Assembly: GCF_964355755.1 (NCBI RefSeq)
Contig: NC_092676.1
Coordinates: 749,788 to 813,787 of the forward strand
Length of the DNA: 64,000 nucleotides
Direction of reading: 5' to 3'
From: Antedon mediterranea
Lineage: Eukaryota > Animalia > Echinodermata
Every line of letters starts with the position of its first letter. The stretch's first letter is position 1. The position numbers and the translations under genes are program-made. The notes under the pieces were generated by a model. It was not told the DNA's origin, searched no databases, and worked only from the letters and a program-made list of their open reading frames with translations. Of this stretch, positions 37,034-50,260 are shown in pieces.

Positions 37034-39823
37034 TTATTGCGCGGCGCTTATACGTCCTTGTGCTGCGTCCAATTTGTGGAGTATCAACAGAGTAAACTAC
37101 ATGAAACATTGTGATCTTTATAATAATAGTATTATAGTCTGTCTCCTGGAAGTTCATGGCGATTATGTGAGTCATTTGTTATTACATTTGATAAAATCAT
37201 CCCATAACCTGTGATCAAAAACAAGATAACTCAATTCCAATATTAAAGGGTTACTTTAATAATATTATTATTTCCTTATAATTTGTTCCCGTATAACCAC
37301 CTTGACCGTCTGCCCCTGCTAACTTTATTACATGTTATTAGGTCTATTCCTTCCGCCTTTTGAGAGGATACGTATCCTGAGCTGTGAGACACTTAATGAC
37401 AACATCACATATGTTTAATAGTTTCACGTTTTCAACTTTTAGTGTTGATGCAGAAATCTTGTTACATTCTGAATCATTTACCCCTACTCATTAGTCAGTT
37501 ACTATAGTAACTAATGAGTAGGGGTAACACGGATCAAATATCAATTGAAATAACGTATTTCTCATGTTATGATGTAAATTGCGCATTTGTATTATAATTT
37601 GTCAAAGGATTTCTCTACAACGGCCGAGTCAAATTGATGATCGTGGTAAGCCTGCAATAATGCTACGCCCTAGTAAAATACACTATAAATAGTATAAGAC
37701 TAAAACTGAAAATTGCAAAGCGACCTATATAATAGGCCTAGCTCTCTGCTGGTGTAATGTTTCCGAAAGGATAACCAGGACTTCTGAGATCGTATAGCAT
37801 TACTGGAACTATTTTTTGCTGGAACTGACATAGCAGAGTAGAGGATAACCTCTCTAAATAAACGGCGATTCACTTGGTAAAAAGATATATATTGGCACGC
37901 ATGGCGTACGCGTTTCATACGCATAAATTAATCTAGGACAACGTTGTGCTGGTGGTGGAACCACACAATATAATGACTTGTTGAAACTGGCATAACTCGT
38001 TAAGCTGGGATGGGGTTCTCCGTGTAGGAGACATGGAAATAAAATCTTATCCACCTAATTCAAACACACCACTCTAGGATTCCCTTATGGAAACAAAAGT
38101 CATTTATTTCATTATTTTCTCATTTTTAGCATCATCATTAAAATAATTGAAACTCGGTACTTATTAGTATTCTTGTGCTCAACGATGCATACTAATCCCT
38201 GGGGCAAAAACATTATCACATAAATTATGCAAAAGGTACAACGTGCACAACGCCCCTCGTAATTCACATATCTACGCATGCGCGCGCAGATGATCCGACA
38301 AAAGTTTCAAATTAGCTGTATAATCGATTGTTGCCGATTTCCACTGATTGGCACGAATAATTAGCCATTGTCAATGAGGCATGAACTGCGCACGCTTACG
38401 AGTAGCAGCCGATAATAATTACCCGATCCCTCCATACGCGCATACATCGTTTTCTGTAATGAGCTTAAATATTAGCGCCAGTAGGAGCTGGATTTGTCAT
38501 GCAATAGTATTATTATTATTATTTCTCGTCTAAATGAGTGGTATTGATCTATTTATGGATGATTTAAAGTGCATTTCAGATATCTTGTCAACCCATTATA
38601 TTATGCTTATTATCTGGGGATATATGCAAAATTACTATTATGGTGATTAACGTACTGGGGAAAGTTCAGAAGTCCACAAATTAATGTTTCCAGAAAGTAA
38701 GGAACAGACACATGCGTTACTATACTGCATGCTATAATAGTAAAAGATGTACTTATTAAAAAAAAAACCTCGTAGAATTATTACGTAACTAAGGTTTCCA
38801 GGCACGCGATTTACGGGTTCTCACACCGTACACACACATTGTTAAAGATACGTTAAAGATATTTCAATTTACCGTCTTTGGGTCCCTAGACGGCAACAAC
38901 GATGTGGGTGCAACTCAAATGAGTTGACCAATCACAAGCGACAGTTCGGATGAAACTGTGTGAATGATCAAATAACTTGCGGTGCGCGCGCTTTACGTCT
39001 ACTGAGGTGCGTCCAAGAGATTATGGGTATTATATCACCAATTAGCTTGCTTGATCTACTTATTCTACCACATTTTTCAACGTGACATTTTCACACTCCT
39101 TTTACTTCATTAATTGAATTTATATGTTCGAATTTCCATAATGGAATTCATGCACAGAGATTGAATTATGCATACAATAACCATTTAAATTGATCATCAC
39201 CATCGCCTTTGTCGTCGTACGGGACGCGGATCGTCCTTGACAACTCAATCATACTCCGCGTACGTTACAAAGAACCGCGCACGCTACAAAGTACACCATG
39301 TCCTAAAATAAATAAAATATTCACTTTTTGATTTCACGTTTCAATAATAGCCATTTGTGCAGTTTGTTGGATGATGATCGTTGACTGCACAACTCACGTC
39401 GTTTATGAGTCATAGGTGTAATTACGATAGGTTAGAAGTCGCTGCGTCTGGGTCACTAATCCCCATTTTACCATTTTTATATAATTATGCTGATTTGTGA
39501 TTTTGTTTATTATTGCGGTTCTTTGTGGATTTATAGTAATTATTAGGAATTTGGTCGGTGTTTAATCTATCCATTCAAATGATTAAAATGAATAAAAAGA
39601 AAATACAAAATTATAATAAACATCTAGGCGTGCGTTTAGTATTCTGTAATAGATGTATTTGTCAAACCCGGCAGGTCTAAGAAAAGGAGAGTTTAAATTC
39701 GATTGTCAATCTCGATGTCATGTCATAAAAATCAGCATATATATAGAAAATCACCGATTTCACCTTTTCTTGTCTATCACTAATACCAACATTGAGTAAC
39801 ATTTAGTTAGTGTTATAATAGAA

Positions 39824-40028
39824 CAAGTCTAAGATAAGGACTATAAACCGTAGGTCCAGTGTACACATCTAGCTCATGTGCACTTTAAAGAACCTAGTAC
39901 ATCTTTCGAGACGAGCAGGGGTTACCCCGGTGTACTAGTACATCACAGCATTAATCATATCTGAGCCATCTGGGAGACCAGCCTTTGACTGAAGAGGTTA
40001 CCCAGCTAGTCACGTAAATAAATAAAAA
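39824..40028 (+). mobile_element. Headless copy of the same Nin-type SINE
   Basis: GATAAGGACTATAAACCGTAGGTCCAGTGTACAC...GCACTTTAAAGAACCTAGTACATCTTTCGAGACGAGCAGGGGTTACCCCGGTG, the reverse complement of the 34.4-34.5 kb core, ending in AAATAAATAAAAA. Confidence 0.85.
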
Positions 40029-43000
40029 ACAGAACAGCATTGGCCAACATCGCCCTCTACCAACCCCCTGCACTTTTTGCTTAGTTTAGTGACGTACATT
40101 TTGATATCGATAATGGACAAAAACCATAACATTAGTACAGTAATCCTTATGTGTAAATTGCATACCTTCTTACTAATATAATGAATAAAAACATTAAAAC
40201 AAAAACCACCATGACGTCATAATATATACGTTGATCTAGATTCAAATCCTTCGGGAAGATGTTTGCAAAACTTAGTGTGGAAATCGCTAAGTACATGATC
40301 CCATTTACACTTCCACAAAGTATGTAGGCCTCTTATTGCCGCGGTGTATCCCATCGGTTAGGATAATCACTAAGACATATCATCTAACTTACACTTTCAC
40401 ACACAGTAGCCATCCCGCTTGACTAGATCCCAATGTGAATAACAGATTACATGTACAGATTTACACATACACACTAATGGTCTTTTTTCGTCTTTTCGTC
40501 TTTCTATTCTATAATTCGTTAGTCGTCGAGATGGGGTTACAGAGGACAACTTATTATATATCTTTTAGTTTTTCTACGTAAAATATGAACGAGATTTATC
40601 GAACTGAAATTAAAAGTAAAGACATTTCTATGAGTATTTAATGAATTGACAAATCACTGTGTATGTAATAACTCATTTCTTGATGTAATGTTAATGCGCT
40701 GTAATCTAGCAGCGGTGTTTGAGTACTTCTACGCATGTGACTAATGTAACCCACAAGGCATAAATGCAGCTTGTATTATTATAACATTTCGTGAAATGGA
40801 ATTATTAAAATAAGCAATAAGTAAATGCCGTGTGTATTGTATTGATATTGTAGTTATAGCATTTACATTCAAGGTCAAGGAATATTATGATAGTCCCTTG
40901 TGAGTTAATGATATACGACAGAGGTTCCAAATATCCCGAATGGAACAAAGAATCTATGTGAAAATATGCAGAAATTTTAATTGGGTAATTCAGATTTGAT
41001 TTAATGGACTTATAATTAATTCATTGCCGTTAAGTATTGAATATGGAATTGTACGGTATAAAGACATTAAGAGGACGATCGACGACCTCGCAATGGTACA
41101 ACAACAACGGACACGTATATCTAGCAAAATTAAATCAAGTTTTTATTTTTAAAACCGGACTGCGAAATAATCACACCGTGCTGTTTCATCAATTAACTGA
41201 GAAAAAACAATAGTTCGGTGCCACTGTTTCCATTTTAGTGCTGCTTATTTACATGTTGCTTTGAAACATTATTATGTTAAAAAAGATACATCCATTTGGG
41301 ATTCTGATTAAATGCAGAAATGTATACTCAATTTTTTTTTTTCTCTTTCGTGGGGGTCACCCACATTTATTCATTCCTTTTACAAATATATATTACATAA
41401 CATACATACGTTTTTATAAAAATAAAGAACAATAAAATGCAATATAACAGCTAAAAAGGCACTATATCTATACATGTACATAAAATCGATGGAGTAAAAG
41501 TATGCTTTAAAAACGTACATTTTATGTTTATTGCAAGTTATAGTAAATGTAAATGTATACTCAATTTTAGCCTAAAATTGTAATAATAGATCTTGAAATA
41601 ATATATTATTACTGGAATAAGACTAAAGTTTTCGAAACCTCTCCTGAATGGTTGTTACTGTATTTTATTAAAAGAAAATTATTATTCCCGTAAACAAATT
41701 TGGAAACCGCAATTTTAATTTTCTGATTAGCGTCCTGCTTTCTCAGCAGCAGCCAAACTTTAGAAAGACGATTGACGGTAACTTTCAACACGTGGCCTCA
41801 AATTAAACCGCCAGAATCGTCTGTACCTCTGGGGGATTTAATAATATCATCCTCAAGACATGAACAATAATTACTATGTAGTTTGAATACAAGAGATTCC
41901 AATAAATCTAGGTAGGTGGATCGAGTGACACCGGCTTTTTCGTTTATATTGGATAAAAGAAAAGACAAAACACGTGTCAACAATATCCGTCTTCTAGATA
42001 TAACATTAATTTATAGTTTTTATATTAATGATTTACTATGTTTGTTGTTTCTGCTGTTTATTTTGTTTCTCTGTACTATATTGTAAAATAATGACTCTTT
42101 TTTTGCTATTTATTCCAAATTGAAATCCAGCCAATGTTTCCACATCATTGTTCACTTCATAAAGTAATTTGGATTGATGAAAATAAAATTTGTAATTTTC
42201 TATCGTGAGTTTAATGACCCGACAAAAACTAGAACGACAGACGATCAGTTATGAAAAAAAAATTAACACAAAAGCCATCAAAATAAAAATACAAAATGAG
42301 AATATAACGAATAACAGAAATATGTAACACATCATCATTGTCTAAAGCATCCTCAATACTGATTGTGGTTCACCACGCTATTGCTAAATATAGGCCTCAA
42401 GAAATGTATCGATGGTATCTCACGTCTGAATAGAAAACAGACGGGAAATAACCAATTCGTACACTCAAACAATTTTACAGACTGACAATGTTTTTTTCGT
42501 TTTCATCCTCATTGTTTCTTGATAAAAGTTGTATTACTATTAGACCTAATTAGAAAAAAACAATTTAAAGTGTTTTATTTATGTAATTTAGGGTCTCTTA
42601 TATAAACCTTCCTGGTCTACTGAGACCCCCATTTCATCATTTTATTAAAATATAATATGTTCACTTATATTATATATGATCTGATGAATAAACGTGCTAA
42701 TCGTATTCATAACTGAGAACAAATTAACGCTATATACAAAAAGTAAAAGGTGTGTTCTACAAGAGTACTTGGCCTTGGAATAAGTACAAGTAAAATAGTA
42801 TATGAGTAGCATACGACACGAATTCTGATAATAAACAGGAAACAGAGAATGGACATACCTGATGCTTCACCTGTACAATGCGGAAGAACTTCCGAAACGA
42901 CTTCAAACCCACTACCGGTATCAATGAGAGGACAGATCATGGAGGTATTAACATGACTTCCTCGATGGCCAAGAAAGGACATCTATATCACGTTGTTTAC

Positions 43001-46000
43001 TCCTACGTTTAAAATAACCAAGTCATTGAAAACCATGACAAACTACTGTATGTACGGTATATCATTGTTCCTTTTTCCAGGATACATGACCAACGGCTTA
43101 ACTTTACATCTGAAACACGACGGTTTATGGCCTTGATGGAGTGAAGAGAATATTGAAAGCTGTTACGGTTACATGTTTTAGATTAGATCATGGTGGAAAA
43201 AAGTCACATTAGTTAACGACGAAAAGTTACATTTGGAAATGTTATTGCTCGTCACTATAAACTATAATATTTCATATACAAAGTCTGTCTAATTATAAGA
43301 AGGATTTGCTGTATGGACCATGGTTCTAGCAGATATCATCCCAACACCTTCTGAAACACAGTGTCTTCAATTTAAAGTTCACAGAGTTCAATACACAGAA
43401 CCTTAATGCATGAATCGCTGCATCTAGAATGAAATGTACAATAATTAGAGTGAAAGGTTTGAAAAAAGAGCGAGGTTGTGAATAACCGTAACAGTCGGCA
43501 TAACGACTTGCTTGTTAATATCATCGGGAGATGAAAGCCTTATGGGAGTACTGTAGTAATCTACGGCCAAGCACAGCTGTAAGATTCATTGAATATTGAG
43601 AAAACGATGCAAAATTAGATGAAATATGGAACGTTGATAATTCGTACAAATTAATATCTGTAACACGAACCTGAAGTAGATGTTCGTGTACCCACAAGCA
43701 ACGTTCATTTGTCTGCTCGTAAACGATCTGACGTTTTTTTACAAATATAAACCAGAGGGCAAATTATAGAATGTAGGTTTAATTAAATCCATTTCCAGAT
43801 GAATATTTAAGCAAGAGATCTTCGTCCTAATTCTTTCATCTCCGTGAAGTCGGACTTAAAAGTTCGATTCTATCTGACGATTATCCATTTTTTCGATTGA
43901 AACCATTGGATGATACTAGGTAATCTGTGATATTTCAATAAATGTGTTTCTATGACAATGACAGGCGTACATGTACGCTCGGGATTTATAAATACATTAT
44001 AGGATGATGTACGTACGCGCCAACTACTCACGCTAACAGCCATTATAGGATGATGTACGTACGCGCCAACTACTCACGCTAACAGCCATTATACTATCAA
44101 ATTCCATCGCTTGACTACTGTTTGTTTGCTAATCAAAAATTGTACACATATATTTTATTTTTAAAATGTCGCGATTCCTAATTTTTGGGTAGCAAAGAAT
44201 GAATGCAAGAACGATAGCATGTACTTTACTTTACACATTATTATGTTGTTGTCTACCTTAATCCAGGCAGTAAATAAGCTTATAAAATAAGTTTATTTTA
44301 CAACTCGCTGCTTAATCCATGTCGACACATTTTCAACACGTCACAAGTAGATTATGTTGCGCTGATGACGTTTCATAAACAGTGGATCCTCATAATCATT
44401 ATTATATTATACAATATTTTATGATATTTATAGTAGAAGTTTAAACTAATTCAATGATAAGGCCTAGACGTTTAAAAAACATATGGGATGACAAATATGA
44501 CAAAATAGAAAGGATTCAGAAAATATAGTTGTTGACTAATGTGATACCGATTTTAACGGTGGTAATCCGGTAATTAATGTCCCGGAATATTTTCAGGAAA
44601 CAAACCGGAAGTTTATGATTAATTTAGTTGTTAATTTAACCCACCACACTGAAGTACTACAAGCATGCATGGACAAATGAAAGAAGTGAACTCATTTTTT
44701 ACTGTAAACATATTTGTGTTTCAGTTTCTCCTCCTAAAGCAGGTTGCTGTTCACAATATAGCACGCTGGTTTAGGGTTAATTATAGCCAAAGCTAACGAA
44801 GGTATGATGGATTCACGACGGCTTGCCATTTCGCACTTACGCTATACATTACAATTCATCTGTGATTTCTGTTCGACTATTTTCTATATCTGATGACGTC
44901 ATGATATAGCACGTGTCTACTAAATGCCAATAGGAGTTGCATGCATCGGCGACTTTGACACTTAGTGATATACAAAAATTATATACTTTTTTATCGAAAT
45001 GTCAATGCAACGGAAATTAGATGTCTATTAGGAATATTTTAAAAAGGAATCTCATGGGTGACTTCAATATGTTTTGATACAATGAGTATTAAGAGAGGTA
45101 ATTTTAAAATTGTCCACTTTTATGGTGCCTCATATCATGCAACTAACATGGCTCTTGACAATTTGGAGAAAAAACCCTAACAATAAGTCAGCAGTCTGAG
45201 AGAAATAAATGTTTTTTTCTATGTTTGTGTTCAAAATAGTCTGAAAAAATTCTTATAAAAATATAATAGTAGGCTTTTGGGTAATTCAGATTTGATTAAA
45301 AATTTGTATTTAAAAAAATTAATTAATTCATTGCAGAAGTAGTGAGTTTACGGATAATTAATGCCTAAACTGCGCAGCGACATGCGACACGTGCATAAAC
45401 AAGCTTTTAAAACGACGCTGTGCATCGCTTGCGTCTTCCCACTCTCATCATCGTGTGAATACCCTAAAGCTCTGTCTATACTATCAAACTAGTTTGACAA
45501 AAAAGTATGATGTGCCAAATAATATGGTAATGATATGGTCACATATGGTAGTTATATGACATCATCATGTCCATAGGCACATATAGGCTTATAATAATAA
45601 TAACAACATTACATGAACTTGAACTAGTGAAGTTTAGCTGAAACACATGACAAATTAAACATCCTTCACACTAAATTTTGCTGTAATATTTGACAGCAGG
45701 TATCAATATAAAGTATATCGTTCATGGCATTGAAACAAACAGTTCACCGCAAAATGGTCATTGGATTCATTAGGTCTAATCAACTCGAAAGGCGGATGTT
45801 ATTATATTTAGAAACCATGCACGTATTCATAAATGCGTCGACATTCTCTGAATGGCGACAGAATGTCAAATATTTTACACAAATTGTGGATTTAGTATCA
45901 TTAAATGTATTCTGTTTGTTATACTCAATGTCAACATCCTAATGTAAACTCGTCGATGGCGCCCACGACCCGGTCTCACATATTACAATAATCCTGCAGA

Positions 46001-49000
46001 TTTGTATTTAAAGTTGTTATACATAGTGAAACACAATGCATCCTTTTGTTTCTCTTTGTAAAAGTTAAAGTATCTGAAGTTATGCAATCACAGCTAACAA
46101 ATGAAACAAATAATCGGGTTATAACAACATTATGAGAAGTACGTAATAATGTTATAATATTTTCTGTTAAGTTGTATTGTGAACATTAATATTTTTTGTT
46201 GAATATGCTATTTTAATGTCGCATAAAAGTTATTCACTTTGACCAAAAATTGAATCGAAAAAATTTACTATATAAGCAACAATAGTCAAATTGGCTGGCA
46301 GCCAATGGGTTTTTGATTAGATTTAACCATTTATTTTGTCATTAAATAATTTTATCTCCGTTTTTTTTTACGGAAATGATTGACTTTATTGAAACTAGAA
46401 AATAGGCCTAATCTATTCTGATTTTAAGTCTGATTTTATTAATCTTTATTTTTTACTTTTTTGGGGGGACAAAAAATTTCTATTGATCATACATTCCAAT
46501 AATTATCGATCTATAGTTTCCCCTATGTTTCATCATTTTTGGGATTTTATTTGTGTTACAAAAGCTTGTTGAAAATAAGCACTTTCTTATCAGTGGGAGG
46601 ATAGTTCAAATTACACAGTAAAATCTCTATTCTTTTGTACACACATTTTGTAAATAGAGAGGCATTTAAAAAGCTATGAAAAATAAACGGTGTGGTAAAA
46701 AATGTTATCAGATGACTAAATATAGGTAATATAACTTGAATATTACATTTCTGATATTTTTATTCAACTTCAGCTTTTTATTTTCATGCTATAGCAAAAA
46801 TTATCCACTGTATATCCACCATCATTTTTCACCGTCTAGGGAGTCACCAGACATGTTATTACATTAGGTTAACTACCTAACTACTGAAAAAAAGTTTTTC
46901 TGTTTTTTATGGAAGAATTTTGCCAAATTTTGTATTTGACCATATTAAGGGAAATTTATGTTTTTTCGTCTCGATTTCTGTTACAAATATTTGATTTATG
47001 TACAATTAACCAAATATTATATTTAAAATTCATGCCTGTACCTGAGCTTTCAAGTATGTGAAGTTATTAACAAATGAAACAATATGGTTGTATGTAATAT
47101 GTTATTCTTATTTTCAACAACTATTTACAATTTGTTATGAATTGAAGTTATCTGAAATAAAAGGAAATAATAAACTAAATGTATTGATGAACGTTAGTAC
47201 GTTATTATGTAGATTTTATAAAATCTACATTACGACTTGTTTGGCAAATATACCGACATGTGTACGACGCTTTAAGAAGATTACTGTCACAATAGCAACT
47301 TTGGCAATTGATTTAGCAAGATTTGTTTAAATTTCCTCCGTGATCTCAGAAGAATTGTTATCGGTAACACGTTGAGTGTGGAAAGAAGATTGAAGATTTC
47401 AAGATCTTTCACGTTTGCCTTCGAAAGATATTAAGATAGAAATTGTGTTTTATGAAGATTATTTCTATCTAAATTTGAGCCATCTAATACGCATTGCGTC
47501 ATCATTAACGGTTGTAAAAGTAACTAAAGTGCTGAATTATATATCGCTAACAAAGTCATAATATAGAATAACTGGAAAATAGCATGAATATATATGATTG
47601 TCTAATATATATAAGTTGAAGAAACTTGGCTGTTCATGTCAGGATTAAGCATTTGCATGGACCTAAATTGAACAACCTTTCTGACCAATTTACAAAGCTT
47701 GCGACACTGTTGTTCTATTTAATAGACTGCTTTCAGTCAAAGGCGAGAAACCACTCATATTATTACTCACAAAACCACTTAGTTACCAATATATCATCAA
47801 CAAATTGAGGAAAGCAAACCAAGTATTGGTGTCAGTATATTAATTGCATTAGTTGTGTCTATAAGCCATGCGTTTGTTTCTCAATTAGAGTTCAGCCCTT
47901 GTTGACAGTTCGTATTTGACCTGTTGTCTAAGATCTAGCAAAGGAGTACTGTACGTACCCGGATGTTCATTTAATACAAATTCAGATTCAATATAGACAT
48001 AAGATCAGGTTGATATTTATATATAATGATATCAGAAGACGACACAATAGAGGGAAATAGCTAACTAGAGTTATAAAATGAACAGTGGGTGTCAATCATA
48101 ACAAACCGTTTGGGGAAAGTCGGAGTCTGACTCATTGTTCGCAAGATATAAGATAGACATGTCCAACTACATTAGAATTGTAAGATATGTTAACAGTAAT
48201 TGTCATACTGTTGCATGGCATGATGAAAAACATCTATACCCAACTCGCCAATAAAGAGGATTTGGTCAAAAAATATTATTTACAGTAGGCCTACCTTACT
48301 CTAGAAGTAAAAATAGTTAAAGAAATATCACAACAACAAAGTATGCCTTACAAAAAGTGAACACATGCCAAAGATTTAAGATTGAAACAAAAAGTAGTTT
48401 TGAAATAACTAGGCCTATATTATTATTATACAATTCCTTACATTGATTATAGGCCTATTTCTTGAATTTATATCAATATATCAACACTAAGATTACAATC
48501 AGATCATACTTACTGTTTTGGGTTTCCATCAACATTTGTAATAAATTGAGGAAACATAAAATTATTATAACCATAAGATTGTTGCTAGATGACCCAGACT
48601 AGAATTGTGCGTTTCATATTATTTACATCCCGTTTTGTCTGCGTGCCATCCATTTCATTCCACCAGTTAAATTGAATAATAACGATCATATTAAGATTGT
48701 TATCTTCATATCTGTGTTTTAACTCATTGTAATGTTGACACATCAAGGATTAACCAGACTGTTTATTATTATTTACTATTAATACTATAATGGTAGTCTT
48801 ATATAGCGTCTAATACAATGTTTCTACACTTAGAATTCTAAGCGTGTTGCACACAAAAATGATAACCAAAAAATGAAAAAAAGAGAAGAAAGCAGAGGAA
48901 CCATTTTACACCACTCCGTTCTCCATCAATTTGAAGCTCCCATATGGGAGCAGTATTCACAGGAGCTTAAATGGAAAAAGGCATCTGTCTATCCTATCCT

Positions 49001-50228
49001 ACCAAAATATGAAGAAAAACTAATTCTTGATTCAGTATTCGTTTTCTACAGAACAGTGCAGAAAGTACGTTTACCTCTTTTCTTTTATATTAACTTATAT
49101 TTTAATCTTTTAATCTTCTTTGTTTGTCTGAAGATTGTTTCATTGCAATGAAAAACAAAGATACCATTTTTGGTTAGTTTACTAAGGTCAATATTTCAGC
49201 AGGCCTAATACTAATTATGAAGGTTTTAAATTGAATTATTCCTGTATATGGCTTGTATAATTTGGCGGAACCTTGAAGAATATTAAAGTAGTTGTATTTT
49301 AATCAGTTTAAACCTTGATAATTTTACAATAAAACAGAGAATCAATTCTGCTGTGGAAAAAGTTTTACACGAAGTACTGATTTCTTTCATAAAATTACCA
49401 CCAGCACCATTGTTATCATAATCTTGATGATCATCAATTATTCTTTTATATTTTATTGTATTTATTATCGGTAATAATTTGTATGTATTTCAAAGATTTC
49501 TGCTGCATCAACATGAATAAACTAAAAAAAAAAATGATATGCTTGATGACGCAACCATAATGCTTACGGCAAATCACAAATACAATATCCGAAGAGCTTA
49601 GAATGTCTTCACTAAGACACTCGCAGGAGATGACTTCGGACAAACTCGATCACATTACTCCATGATCGCGTAAAGCATTGCAATGAAAACATTGCTGCCA
49701 TAATTCTACATATACCACATTATTGTTTATTCTTTTTGTGTAAGAATGGAGCATGGAGGTATAAATTAGATTTTTATTTTATACCTTCATGGATAGAGTG
49801 GGACGATGAAATAAGAAATTACGCCGCGATATTACGGGTTTGGTAAGCACATATTACGTAATTTATATTCGAGTCATACCAGAAAAAATGCATTAACACC
49901 GTCGAGATCATCAAGGGTTTGAACTGATTAAGCGGAATACTACTTAACTCGCAACTTAAGTTTAATCTCTGGCTTATAACGTGTTTATTCAAGGCTGCAA
50001 CTACTAGATGCAAGCTGTTTCTTTATTCATATAATCATCTCCAGATTATACATTTTTTCATAATGTAATTAAATTTTCTATTTTACGTTGTTATTGACGG
50101 CCGGCCAAGGCTATGGGGATCATCTATAGCTCTGTACCTAGATAGTAAACTGTATGAATGGCACCTGTGATCAAGAATACCCTGGATCGAACTAATATAT
50201 TTTTAGAACATCCAAAGCTCTGTCTACA

Positions 50229-50260
50229 CATGGAGAAATAACGTAACTTATTTCTCCATG
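50229..50260. mobile_element. 32-bp palindromic insertion with a 7-bp TSD (probable P-superfamily excision footprint)
   Basis: GTCTACA[CATGGAGAAATAACGTAACTTATTTCTCCATG]GTCTACA, inside the TIR of a family-A MITE whose other copies show the empty site. Confidence 0.75.

Noticed and set aside
47300-47322. TTTGGCAATTGAT resembling miR-182 (and TATGGCACTATA at ~15298 resembling miR-183)
   Set aside because: Only the 5' 12-13 nt match and there is no hairpin partner.
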